A DNA stretch of 64,000 bases from the IMG/VR virus record IMGVR_UViG_3300023180_000023; one strand, given 5' to 3'. Position numbers and translations under genes: made by a program. Numbering within the stretch: position 1 is the stretch's first letter; every line of letters starts with the position of its first letter. The notes beneath the pieces are model-generated. The model ran no database searches, was not told the origin of the DNA, and saw nothing but the letters and a program-made list of their open reading frames with translations. Below, piece by piece: positions 26,115 to 34,951 of this stretch. Source of the DNA: an uncultured virus (IMG/VR IMGVR_UViG_3300023180_000023). Its lineage: Duplodnaviria; Heunggongvirae; Uroviricota; Caudoviricetes.

Positions 26115-26612
26115 ATGAAAAAAGCATTATTTGCTTTTGGAATGTTATTGATGACCGCAGGTGCAGCAAATGCTGGCGGACTTGTTACTAAACACGCTTC
26201 CAGTGTTCAACTGACTGTTGATGCTGCAAGATCTACTGCAACCAGAGTTGGTAACTCCTACGCCATTTCTGGTGTTGGTATTGATACTATGTCTGGCACT
26301 GATGCAGATGTTGTTTCTACTGGTTCTATTACCAGTGGCATCTATTCTCCTGGCACGATTGAAGCAACCCAACAAACTGCTGGCAACTCATTCTCTTTTA
26401 GCACATCCTTCACAGAAGGTGATGCAGTCCCAACCAGTGCTGCAACTACGGGAGCAATCCCTAACTTCTCCAATGTAACTTCTTACAGTGCTGGAACTGC
26501 TGGTTCTCTAGCTGGTACTGTTGGCACTACTGGTGCTGTTACGGTTACTGCTGGTGGAGCTGGTACATCTGCTACAGGACAATTTGTATCTGAGATTACT
26601 GTAATCGACTAA
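26115..26612 (+). CDS. Secreted Gly/Thr/Ser-rich hypothetical protein
   Basis: Signal peptide MKKALFAFGMLLMTAGAANA; CTAAATA upstream. Confidence 0.8.
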   Translation: MKKALFAFGMLLMTAGAANAGGLVTKHASSVQLTVDAARSTATRVGNSYAISGVGIDTMSGTDADVVSTGSITSGIYSPGTIEATQQTAGNSFSFSTSFTEGDAVPTSAATTGAIPNFSNVTSYSAGTAGSLAGTVGTTGAVTVTAGGAGTSATGQFVSEITVID

Positions 26613-27049
26613 TGGATAGATTACAAGAAGCAATCGGTCTCGGGTTGGTTCTTGGTGCATTACATGGGACTGTCGCACAGGCAGTCCCAGTGGTCCCAAA
26701 CTTTACCCAGGGAAGTATGACTAGTCATACAGAGACAACAACAAAAGTAACAGAAACTATTAACTCAATGGATTATAGCACAGGGTATCAATACTCTGTG
26801 ACTGGTTCAGGAGTATCAGCAAGTGGGAACCTGTCCCCTGGAACAGGAACTAACAATGTAACTATAGACGGAGTGACTTCATCATGGACAGGAGTAACAA
26901 GCAAACCAACATTCACACAGACAACACCAGGAGCAGCGTTTCAGTTCACAGAAACATATCAAGGTCCTGGTTTAAGCAATCAAACGATAATTCAAAGAAC
27001 CACAGAAATTCAAAGCGTCACAGACACTACAAGTATCTTCTCGCAGTAG
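26612..27049 (+). CDS. Secreted Thr-rich hypothetical protein
   Basis: Signal-like N-terminus ending AQA; TAATG coupling. Confidence 0.8.
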   Translation: MDRLQEAIGLGLVLGALHGTVAQAVPVVPNFTQGSMTSHTETTTKVTETINSMDYSTGYQYSVTGSGVSASGNLSPGTGTNNVTIDGVTSSWTGVTSKPTFTQTTPGAAFQFTETYQGPGLSNQTIIQRTTEIQSVTDTTSIFSQ

Positions 27050-27768
27050 GACTTAATTGTGTATTCCCGTCTCAAGCATTCGCTGAGGTTGGTGGCGTTA
27101 GTGCTACCGCTGCTCCTGTTGCTAACTCTTCAGGTAGTGTTACTAATCAAGCAATACAAGTTTTACAAGGTCCGTACATCACAAACACTTACGGTGGTGG
27201 GGTCCAGTGTCAGGGACCAACTAGAAACTTCACACCTTATGTAACAGGTTCTGCCTCGGCAACTAAACCTTATGAACCATATTATTGGGATCCTGTTTAT
27301 GATATGCGGGATCTCGATGAGGATGGTGCTCCTGATAATCCTGGTTCTATTCTTTACACTGTTCCTGTAAGGACTGGACAGAAAGATAATTACAACCTGG
27401 GTGTAGGGTTCTCTATGACATGGAGCACACCTACAGATAAGAAGTTACAAGCACTGTGTAAGGAAGCAGCAACAGCACAAATTGAATTAAATAAACAACT
27501 CACTGCTAACAAGAGATTAGATTTTGAGATTGCCCGACTAAAAAACTGCGGGGAATTGATGAAACAAGGTATCATGTTTCATCCAAAATCACCATACTTT
27601 AAAGTATGTGCCGATGTCGTAGTAAACAACCCACCTGGACATCAGCATCCACACGTTCATAAGATCAACGTTTCTTCTTCCTCGGAAAAACAGAACGTAA
27701 CTCACGAACAGCATAATTCATCTGCCGCTGCTCTGCTCGGCGCTCCCCTACAGACAGGACAGGAATAG
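26884..27768 (+). CDS. Hypothetical exported protein (start ambiguous)
   Basis: Signal-like KYLLAVGLNCVFPSQAFA lies about 50 aa into the ORF; four Cys in the mature part. Confidence 0.75.
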   Translation: MDRSNKQTNIHTDNTRSSVSVHRNISRSWFKQSNDNSKNHRNSKRHRHYKYLLAVGLNCVFPSQAFAEVGGVSATAAPVANSSGSVTNQAIQVLQGPYITNTYGGGVQCQGPTRNFTPYVTGSASATKPYEPYYWDPVYDMRDLDEDGAPDNPGSILYTVPVRTGQKDNYNLGVGFSMTWSTPTDKKLQALCKEAATAQIELNKQLTANKRLDFEIARLKNCGELMKQGIMFHPKSPYFKVCADVVVNNPPGHQHPHVHKINVSSSSEKQNVTHEQHNSSAAALLGAPLQTGQE

Positions 27769-28462
27769 TTTTCTTCCTGATCGCTGCAATCTTTTTCATA
27801 ACTTTCTTAACCGTTGGTTTGACTGCCTTTAATAGGATGTCTGCCAGCGGTTTTGCTAATAGCGCCGACGACGTAGCAATGACAGCAATGCCGCCAACCT
27901 GTACGACTGAACCACCACTAGGGAGTCCAGCGACAATCTGTTGTGGTAATGGAACCGCTTCTGTAATTTGAACACATTCGTTACCTAGTAGTTTATACTC
28001 AATAACTTTTTTTCGGAAACCCTCTACATATGTTCCGACTGGTTCTTTTGCGTTTTGTGCTGGTGTAGGACAGTCAACCTTAGCAGTAACAGGTGGTGCT
28101 GCTGGTGGAAGTTCTACCTGACCTGGTGGTTCTGGTTTCTCTTTCTGTCTAGTATCAACACCTGATGGTTTAGTAGGAATTATTTGTTCAGGTTCAAAAT
28201 TAATAGGATTATAACTGGGAATGCCAGCGTCACAAATTGTAAAAGTACCTCTTTGGTCATCAGATTTAATCTGATTGTTTTTAGAGTTATTGGTACTGTG
28301 AACTTCAACACATCCAGGAACATCAACAATAGGCACACCAATATTTACCACGACAGGGGGTGGAAGTGGTGGTGTTGTGTAATATTCTGTTGCAGTTATT
28401 ACTTTTGGAATTTCAATCTCCCGAATTTCAATATCGGGAGAAGATATAATTTGTACATCCAT
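27665..28462 (-). CDS. Pro-rich hypothetical membrane protein
   Basis: ORF track; C-terminal TM and basic tail. Confidence 0.75.
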   Translation of the reverse strand: MDVQIISSPDIEIREIEIPKVITATEYYTTPPLPPPVVVNIGVPIVDVPGCVEVHSTNNSKNNQIKSDDQRGTFTICDAGIPSYNPINFEPEQIIPTKPSGVDTRQKEKPEPPGQVELPPAAPPVTAKVDCPTPAQNAKEPVGTYVEGFRKKVIEYKLLGNECVQITEAVPLPQQIVAGLPSGGSVVQVGGIAVIATSSALLAKPLADILLKAVKPTVKKVMKKIAAIRKKTIPVLSVGERRAEQRQMNYAVRELRSVFPRKKKR

Positions 28463-28575
28463 TAATCTTCAAATAATTTAAAAATACTAGTCCAAATAGA
28501 ATGGAAGAACACATACAGAAAGAAAGTTTCCGTTGCTTCTTTCTTAGCTTTTCTTTTATACGTTGTCGGTGCCAT
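28462..28575 (-). CDS. Small hypothetical protein (37 aa)
   Basis: MAPTTYKRKAKKEATETFFLYVFFHSIWTSIFKLFED; TAATG coupling. Confidence 0.55.
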   Translation of the reverse strand: MAPTTYKRKAKKEATETFFLYVFFHSIWTSIFKLFED

Positions 28576-28600
28576 AATGTTACCTCAAACTTTTAACTAT

Positions 28601-29230
28601 TTAACAATCATTAAAAACTGTTCCGATTTCAGAACCTAATTCCGATCCTGCTTTCTGCCCTAGGAGCAATGCCCAACCACCTGCCAACCATCCGATGTAT
28701 GGGATGCTGGTAATTGCTGGGACAATTAGACCAGCACTAATTGCGGTCCCTGCCATCGCACCTTGTGAGCGTGCTCCAGCGTCCGCCCTGATGCACTCTT
28801 CGCTTTTGGCAAGGGTCTTTCCCTCAGCATCTACTGAAGCGCCTCCTAGATTGCGTGTACCTTCTCTGGTGTATTCATCACGACGATATTCACTACGCTT
28901 TTCAGATCCACCACCAAACCATCCTTTCTTATTTCTATCAACATCAAGAGATCTTTCGGACTCCAATACTTTAGGATCATCAGCACGGTATTCAATCTCA
29001 TATCCATCCTTGCCAGCTTTGATTCTGTAGGATGAGTATGGTCCCCTGGGGATGTTGAACGTAGGTGGTTGATGCACCTGAGTTTGTGGTCTCAATACAT
29101 ATCCAAGAAGACCGATGTGAGAAATACCCACAACTGCACCCAATGCCAATGCAGCAATCTTAATTGGCGATTGTTTGTTGGTTGGCATTTGTGTTGGCAT
29201 TTCTACCTCTGTCTTCTTAGAATTAAACAT
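28601..29230 (-). CDS. Hypothetical membrane protein with glycine-zipper-like C-terminus
   Basis: GAMAGTAISAG...GQKAGSELGSEIG. Confidence 0.75.
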   Translation of the reverse strand: MFNSKKTEVEMPTQMPTNKQSPIKIAALALGAVVGISHIGLLGYVLRPQTQVHQPPTFNIPRGPYSSYRIKAGKDGYEIEYRADDPKVLESERSLDVDRNKKGWFGGGSEKRSEYRRDEYTREGTRNLGGASVDAEGKTLAKSEECIRADAGARSQGAMAGTAISAGLIVPAITSIPYIGWLAGGWALLLGQKAGSELGSEIGTVFNDC

Positions 29231-29232
29231 GG

Positions 29233-29481
29233 TTAGAATGGGATAGCAGGACCAGTTGTAGTAGGAACAGCAGGACCAGTGACTTCTGGCATCTTGGGCA
29301 TAGCAGCGTCTAACATACTAGGAAGTGCAGATTGAATTGATTCTACTGCTGCTTTGGTAATTTTACCTCTAGCATCCTCAATGAGGACATCTGCATTCTT
29401 ATACAGATAAACCCCACCGCCGAGAACTGATAGTGATACCAGTCCCGACAGCAGGGCAACAACGTTAACTAGTTTTTGCAT
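29233..29481 (-). CDS. Hypothetical membrane protein
   Basis: MQKLVNVVALLSGLVSLSVLGGGVYLY. Confidence 0.7.
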   Translation of the reverse strand: MQKLVNVVALLSGLVSLSVLGGGVYLYKNADVLIEDARGKITKAAVESIQSALPSMLDAAMPKMPEVTGPAVPTTTGPAIPF

Positions 29482-29791
29482 CTTTCTTAGGTTCAATAGC
29501 GGAAACAACTTCTGGTTCTTTCTTCGCCTGTGGTTTTACTGGAGCAGCACCACCAGATTTGGCAGGACTCAATCCAAATGCAGCAAGCGATCCAGAGAAC
29601 ACAGAGGCAATGAAGGTAGGATCAAAATCTAAAATCTTTTGTCCGTTAGGAAGTCGGACGTAACTAAAGGTGAGCAGAGAGGCAGACCAAATAAGGACAA
29701 CAACTTTCACCAGATTACCAAGGACTTCACTTTTATCTTCATGATCGTGGTCTTTCTCTTCTACCTTTGCTTTGGTTTTATTTCCAAGCAT
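29465..29791 (-). CDS. Hypothetical two-TM protein
   Basis: VVVLIWSASLLTFSY...DPTFIASVFSGSLAAFG. Confidence 0.75.
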   Translation of the reverse strand: MLGNKTKAKVEEKDHDHEDKSEVLGNLVKVVVLIWSASLLTFSYVRLPNGQKILDFDPTFIASVFSGSLAAFGLSPAKSGGAAPVKPQAKKEPEVVSAIEPKKDAKTS

Positions 29792-29823
29792 AAAAATAGA
29801 GGAGTTAGGCTCCTCTATTTATA
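29792..29823 (-). terminator. regA terminator overlapping a TATAAATA late promoter
   Basis: TATAAATAGAGGAGcctaaCTCCTCTATTTTT. Confidence 0.7.
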
Positions 29824-29824
29824 A

Positions 29825-30256
29825 CTATGCTACTGTCGAGGCAGTTTTCTTTTTTCCGATATTGTACTTTGATTCCAGTTCCCATTCGCCTTTTTCTTTG
29901 TACGACAGGACTTTGATCTGATTTAGTGGTGCGATGTCAAGAACACTATCAGTGTTAACAATACTAATCAAACCCCAATCGGAGAGAAGTTGGGCGATAC
30001 GATTGCGACGCTGAACATCATTTTGAGTCAGGTTTGCTGTCTTGCCATCAAGGGCAAACAGTTCCTTAAAATGAACAATGTAATACTTACCTTGTTTGTG
30101 CAAAATGTGACAGGATTGATAGAGTTTTTTCTCTTTGCGTGATGCAACACCAATCCTTGAAAGTGTTTCTCTTACCTTAAGAAAGTCATCTGGTTGAGAG
30201 AGTTTTACCTCTACCATACTTTCACGAGTCCACTGAACCTCAGCAACCTGAGTCAT
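29825..30256 (-). CDS. regA: Translational repressor RegA
   Basis: DDFLKVRETLSRIG, LYQSCHILHKQG, HFKELFALDG. Confidence 0.97.
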   Translation of the reverse strand: MTQVAEVQWTRESMVEVKLSQPDDFLKVRETLSRIGVASRKEKKLYQSCHILHKQGKYYIVHFKELFALDGKTANLTQNDVQRRNRIAQLLSDWGLISIVNTDSVLDIAPLNQIKVLSYKEKGEWELESKYNIGKKKTASTVA

Positions 30257-30654
30257 TACGTTTTACCTCCACGATTTAATTTTGATTTAATATAATCAAT
30301 TTGTTTACTATTTAGAATTTTCAAAACTGCTTGTGCCTTCTCAGTACTATAATTATAGTATTCTTTGATGACTTCAAGATTGTCCAGTTTGTCCTTCTTT
30401 TCCCAGGGCGAGAAACGCTTTCTCTTCCTAACGGTATTTATATAGAAATCGTACTGCATACGATTGGGTATATCGTGGTAGGTATTCATCTCATTAGCGA
30501 ACATAATTGTATCGTAAAAAGACGACATACACTTATTGACGATCCAAGATGGGTAGTTCTTCTCCCACCCTGGATCATCAGTGTTCATCAAGTTGGTTTT
30601 AGTTTCATTAATGGACTTTAAATAGTCCGTCAAACTATGACTGTACTTGCTCAT
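30256..30654 (-). CDS. gp62: Clamp loader small subunit
   Basis: ANEMN, QYDFYIN.VRKRKRFSPW, EYYNYS.EKA. Confidence 0.93.
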   Translation of the reverse strand: MSKYSHSLTDYLKSINETKTNLMNTDDPGWEKNYPSWIVNKCMSSFYDTIMFANEMNTYHDIPNRMQYDFYINTVRKRKRFSPWEKKDKLDNLEVIKEYYNYSTEKAQAVLKILNSKQIDYIKSKLNRGGKT

Positions 30655-31463
30655 CAGTAATTTAAAAGAAGAAGTTCTTTACGTTTCTTTTGATCTTCAG
30701 TATAAGTTCCAGTAGATCTCATGGTGTAAGTAAGGTCCCAATCTTTTTGTGTCCAGTCAGGAAATCTTTCCTTAACAAAAAGGTCAGAATTGTAAGTGAT
30801 CATACACTTATGTTCAGAGTTTCTACAATGAGCAGCAAACATCTCATGATTAAAACCTTTGTGCATATTGCCCTTCTTACCATACAAGTTATCCTTGATA
30901 TCGTATGGAGGGTCTAGAAAAACAAAGGCATCATCACCATAAAGAAACTCACTGTAATCCTGGTTGGTAATCTTCCAAAACTGAATGATCTCAGAAACTC
31001 CAGGTAACTTATCAATACCCCTGAAGGTAAAATTCTGCACAGATGCCTGCTTACTAAATGAAGAGGACTCAGACAGACCACTAAAAGAACACTTGTTGAT
31101 AATGTAAAAATTGAATCCAGTAGAATACAAATCCCCATGATCAATCTGACTCTTAGCATTTAGAAACGCTTCTCTGTGAGCGTCTTCACTCTCGCCCAGT
31201 TCGGTCTTGAGTTCTCTCAAATCACTATGAAGACGGTCTCCATCCTGCTGTAAGGTCTTCCAGAAGGCATACAGTGGGTAGTAGAGGTCATTGACCCAAA
31301 TATGAGTGCGAGGTCTTTCCTGGGTCACGTGGAGTGCCATAGAACCGCCACCAAGAAAAGGTTCTATGTATTTGTCAAACTTCTTTGGAAGGTGTTGATC
31401 TAAGTATTTGATCGCCCTGGACTTGCCACCAGGATATCGAAGAGGTGTTTTAATTTTTGCCAT
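30654..31463 (-). CDS. dam: D12-class DNA adenine methyltransferase
   Basis: LRYPGGKS, EPFLGGGS, FLDPPY. Confidence 0.92.
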   Translation of the reverse strand: MAKIKTPLRYPGGKSRAIKYLDQHLPKKFDKYIEPFLGGGSMALHVTQERPRTHIWVNDLYYPLYAFWKTLQQDGDRLHSDLRELKTELGESEDAHREAFLNAKSQIDHGDLYSTGFNFYIINKCSFSGLSESSSFSKQASVQNFTFRGIDKLPGVSEIIQFWKITNQDYSEFLYGDDAFVFLDPPYDIKDNLYGKKGNMHKGFNHEMFAAHCRNSEHKCMITYNSDLFVKERFPDWTQKDWDLTYTMRSTGTYTEDQKKRKELLLLNY

Positions 31464-31987
31464 CAGAGAATCCGCTCAACTCCATCAAGTATATCAGATG
31501 CCGTGATACTCTTGGGTGCTGGTGTAATACCAGTGAAAAGAACCGTAAAGTCCCCTGGTTGAAACTTCACTTTTGCAGTCGTTGATTTGGGAGTAAAGTA
31601 CACACGTTTATTAACAGTATCCCAATCAGTGTAACCAATAGACATCCTTTCAGTATCAACTAAAAACATGTAATCAAAAGTTTTAGTTACAACTTTACTA
31701 TCACCTGCAAAGTTCTTTAGAGTGATTACCTTTGTTGCTCCATTCTGTTGAAACAATTTAAGAGTTCCTTTCATTTCATAGCGAAGTTCATCTTCACCAA
31801 TAAAATCAACTCCGTTCATATGATCACCAACATAACGGACTTGGTTGTCGCTCCACTTTGCAAACGACTTCTCTTGAAGATAAGTTCGGAAAGTTTTGAA
31901 CGTGTTGGACTTCATCTCTTTGGTATTGGTAGCATTTACACAACCAAAGAACTCTTTCAAGTTGATGCGAGAAAAATCAAGATTCAT
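31463..31987 (-). CDS. Hypothetical protein, PD-(D/E)xK nuclease-like
   Basis: E...GVDF...YEMKG spacing; coupled to gp44 and the methylase. Confidence 0.55.
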   Translation of the reverse strand: MNLDFSRINLKEFFGCVNATNTKEMKSNTFKTFRTYLQEKSFAKWSDNQVRYVGDHMNGVDFIGEDELRYEMKGTLKLFQQNGATKVITLKNFAGDSKVVTKTFDYMFLVDTERMSIGYTDWDTVNKRVYFTPKSTTAKVKFQPGDFTVLFTGITPAPKSITASDILDGVERIL

Positions 31988-32931
31988 TTAAATTCACACT
32001 CCACCATAATTTGAGTAAGGGCAGCAAGCAAGTTAATTTCCTGATCAGCAACAAATGCTGCTTTGTATTGATAGTCAGCAATAATCAATACTGCTTGAGG
32101 AATTGTACTTGGTTGAAGTTTAGAGTACAGGTTATCATAGATAGAACGAAAAATATGAGATGGTTCATTATCCATATTGTTCACAACCCATTTTTTCACA
32201 GTAGTAAACTGCTTATTCTTCAGTGCATCTACGAGTTGCTCAAACTTAATGTCAGACAAACTAGCAAGAATGCCACTGTCAATTTGACCACCAACTGCAT
32301 AACGTTGACACTCGTTAAGGGTACGACGCCAGTCAGGGAAGAACTTAAGAATTAGTTGGGGAAGAACCTTTTCATCATATTGTACGCCCTCATTCTCAAG
32401 TATAAACCTGAGACGGTCGAAAAACTTTCCTGCAAGGATTCGTTTGTCTGCTCCTGGGATGCCAAAGTCAACGACTGAGCATCTTGAGTGGAGGGGTTCA
32501 ATGATTTTGTTTTTGAAGTTACAGGTGAAAATAAACCGACAGTTGCCATGAAACGCCTCAATGTTCGCCCGTAGGGCGAGTTGAACATCGTGGGTCGTGT
32601 TGTCAGCTTCGTCAACAATAACGACTTTGTGTTTGGAGTCACTAGATAGTGATACGGTCGATGCAAAATTTTTGACCTTGTTTCGTACTGTGTCAAGATA
32701 GCGTCCCTCGTCAGATCCGTTAATGATAATGTAACTGGCACCAAGTTCCTCACAAAGTGCCCTGGCAACGGTTGTCTTACCAATGCCTGCGGTTCCATGA
32801 AGTAACAGGTTAGAAATCTGACCCGACTTCAAAAAACTTTTGAATGTTTCTTTGGTATTCTCTGGGAGAATACAATCTTCAATTGTCTTGGGTCGATACT
32901 TTTCAACCCAAAGAAATTCATCACGAGACAT
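31984..32931 (-). CDS. gp44: Clamp loader large subunit
   Basis: LWVEKYRP, GTAGIGKTT, DEAD, LHSRC. Confidence 0.97.
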   Translation of the reverse strand: MSRDEFLWVEKYRPKTIEDCILPENTKETFKSFLKSGQISNLLLHGTAGIGKTTVARALCEELGASYIIINGSDEGRYLDTVRNKVKNFASTVSLSSDSKHKVVIVDEADNTTHDVQLALRANIEAFHGNCRFIFTCNFKNKIIEPLHSRCSVVDFGIPGADKRILAGKFFDRLRFILENEGVQYDEKVLPQLILKFFPDWRRTLNECQRYAVGGQIDSGILASLSDIKFEQLVDALKNKQFTTVKKWVVNNMDNEPSHIFRSIYDNLYSKLQPSTIPQAVLIIADYQYKAAFVADQEINLLAALTQIMVECEFK

Positions 32932-32936
32932 AAAAT

Positions 32937-33272
32937 CTACTCAAGAGGTCTTACAAATTCGTTAGCAACCATGTCATTAGCGTGCATAGTGCTAAACATA
33001 TATCTTACTGCAGATTCAGGTGAAGTGTGATCTCCACATGTAAAAACGTCACATACTGCCATACCCAGTTCTGGCCAAGTATGAATGCTAATATGGGACT
33101 CAGCAAGCATAGCAACAGCAGTTACGCCTTGCGGTTCAAACTTGTGCGACACAAGATCGAGCAAAGTGCTTTGAGCAAGTGTCGCAGCATTAACTAACAT
33201 TTCCCTAATGTAGGGTTCATCATCAAGAAGGACTGCTGAACAATCCTTAAGAGTAAAAAGAATGTGTTTCAT
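32937..33272 (-). CDS. speD: S-adenosylmethionine decarboxylase proenzyme
   Basis: HKFEPQGVT...LAESHISIHTWPE...DVFTCG. Confidence 0.93.
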   Translation of the reverse strand: MKHILFTLKDCSAVLLDDEPYIREMLVNAATLAQSTLLDLVSHKFEPQGVTAVAMLAESHISIHTWPELGMAVCDVFTCGDHTSPESAVRYMFSTMHANDMVANEFVRPLE

Positions 33273-33940
33273 ACACCATACTTAGAATCTGGTTCAAGTG
33301 CAATAAAATATTCTAAGTCCTGAGTTTCTGCTTCAACAAACCTTGCTGCTTTAGTAGAGAGTTCTACTGTGTAAGAAGAAGGAATCAGTTTCAAGTTCTC
33401 TACTTTAAAGTTGAAAGAAAATGGTGTCTCAGAAGTTCCTACGTGATGAGTAACAGCGTTAGAAGTTTCATTCTCTTTGTCTTTAATCACAAGAGATACG
33501 TCACCATTAGAATCAGTTTCAACGCAGAGATCGGGAAGGTTATAAATCGCTGCGAGTTTCCTGAGATTTCCAAAGTGCTCAGAATCTAAGTTAAAGGAGA
33601 AGTTGTAGTTAGGAATGTTCAATCCTTTATCAGGAGGTTTAACTACAACGTCTGGATCAGCAAAGAAATACTTTACCTTAGATCTACCAGAACTCATGGT
33701 AACATAAGAAGTGTTACCAAAATCAACATCAGGTCGATCCCAAACTCGAAGACCAACTAGAAACTCATGCAAATCATAAATTGCAAAAGAGATAGGAAAC
33801 TCTTCCGTAATGTTTGCTTTTGCATAGATGTTATTTGTAACTGAGATTGTACTCAGGACAGAACCATTCCTAACATAAATTGAATTGTTGATGTTAGAAA
33901 AATTGGTTAAAAGATCAATAGTTCTTTGGGAAAGATGCAT
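33269..33940 (-). CDS. gp45: Sliding clamp
   Basis: NFSNINNSI, FAIYDL.EFL, FKVENLKLI, YFIALEPDS. Confidence 0.93.
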   Translation of the reverse strand: MHLSQRTIDLLTNFSNINNSIYVRNGSVLSTISVTNNIYAKANITEEFPISFAIYDLHEFLVGLRVWDRPDVDFGNTSYVTMSSGRSKVKYFFADPDVVVKPPDKGLNIPNYNFSFNLDSEHFGNLRKLAAIYNLPDLCVETDSNGDVSLVIKDKENETSNAVTHHVGTSETPFSFNFKVENLKLIPSSYTVELSTKAARFVEAETQDLEYFIALEPDSKYGV

Positions 33941-33942
33941 AA

Positions 33943-34317
33943 TCAATGAGGGTAGTTGCTGGTTTGTTTATGGAGACCTGAGAAGTGATACAGAAGAATG
34001 CAATAATGAATTGCTTTCAGGATGTCCATCTTGGACTTACCATCTTTCTTTCCAAATCGTGAAAGGTATTTAATAGCATTGCTGCGGCAGAATGCTTCAG
34101 CATCACCAATACTCTCAATCAAATCAAGAGTTTGGGTTTTAGAATCTTGGGAAGTATAGTGCTGACGATACGTGCCTGAAAGGTAATCTCGTACCTCTTT
34201 CATCGTCAGGTCTTCTTCATACTTCCAAAATCCATTGGTGTTGTCCATGTTCAAATTGAATTCGTGTTTTTCGTCCATTTCAAGTACATCGTAAAGTAGG
34301 GACCAAGCATTAGGCAT
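33943..34317 (-). CDS. Hypothetical protein (DUF3310-like)
   Basis: FCRSNAIKYLSRFGKKDG...DILKAIHY. Confidence 0.75.
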   Translation of the reverse strand: MPNAWSLLYDVLEMDEKHEFNLNMDNTNGFWKYEEDLTMKEVRDYLSGTYRQHYTSQDSKTQTLDLIESIGDAEAFCRSNAIKYLSRFGKKDGKSKMDILKAIHYCILLYHFSGLHKQTSNYPH

Positions 34318-34951
34318 AATTAAAAAGAAAATCGTGTACAAGTGACTTGGATTTCTCCTTGCCAAACTTACTGTCAAGGTATCCACTCACGGGATCTAAC
34401 TTCGTCATGTATCTGTCGAAGTCACCGTAAGTAGAGTGTACCGCAAACCCGCTGGGTTTCTTAGATTCTAGCATGGATTTGTACACTTGTAAATAGGCAC
34501 GGAAGTCATCAAGGTAATTGTCAACTTCGGACATTGTGCATTTACGAACATACACATTCTCTGAGAAATGGTTTCCAGGTTCAAAGAATCTAAATGTTCC
34601 TTCTGCTTTTGGAAGTTCAGGAACAGAGAAGAAATAGTTCTCTACAGGATGCTGAAAGTCAAATACAATAATGACTTTCTTTTCAAAGAACCCCATCAAG
34701 TCCATACCAAAGCAAGGTAGATTTTCTCCTGTCTTTGGATAGATAATGTTGTTGTATATACAGGACTTCTCATCCCATATATCAACTTCTCTGGACTTAA
34801 TAATGTACTTGTTGCTGTAGAGTTTGGCAGAAAGGTTTGCACCGTTGTCAGACCAATCTGCCCATATATCAGTGTTCTCTAGATCAGGAAACGTTTCCCA
34901 CAGTACCTTCTTGTACTGGTTCCAGAGATTCTTCAAGTTGGATTTCTGCAT
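34310..34951 (-). CDS. pebS: Phycoerythrobilin synthase (ferredoxin-dependent bilin reductase)
   Basis: YPKTG..LPCFGMDLM.F..KKVIIVFDFQHP, RFFE.GNHFS, DFD.YMT.LDPV.GY match cyanophage PebS; start uncertain. Confidence 0.9.
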   Translation of the reverse strand: MQKSNLKNLWNQYKKVLWETFPDLENTDIWADWSDNGANLSAKLYSNKYIIKSREVDIWDEKSCIYNNIIYPKTGENLPCFGMDLMGFFEKKVIIVFDFQHPVENYFFSVPELPKAEGTFRFFEPGNHFSENVYVRKCTMSEVDNYLDDFRAYLQVYKSMLESKKPSGFAVHSTYGDFDRYMTKLDPVSGYLDSKFGKEKSKSLVHDFLFNYA

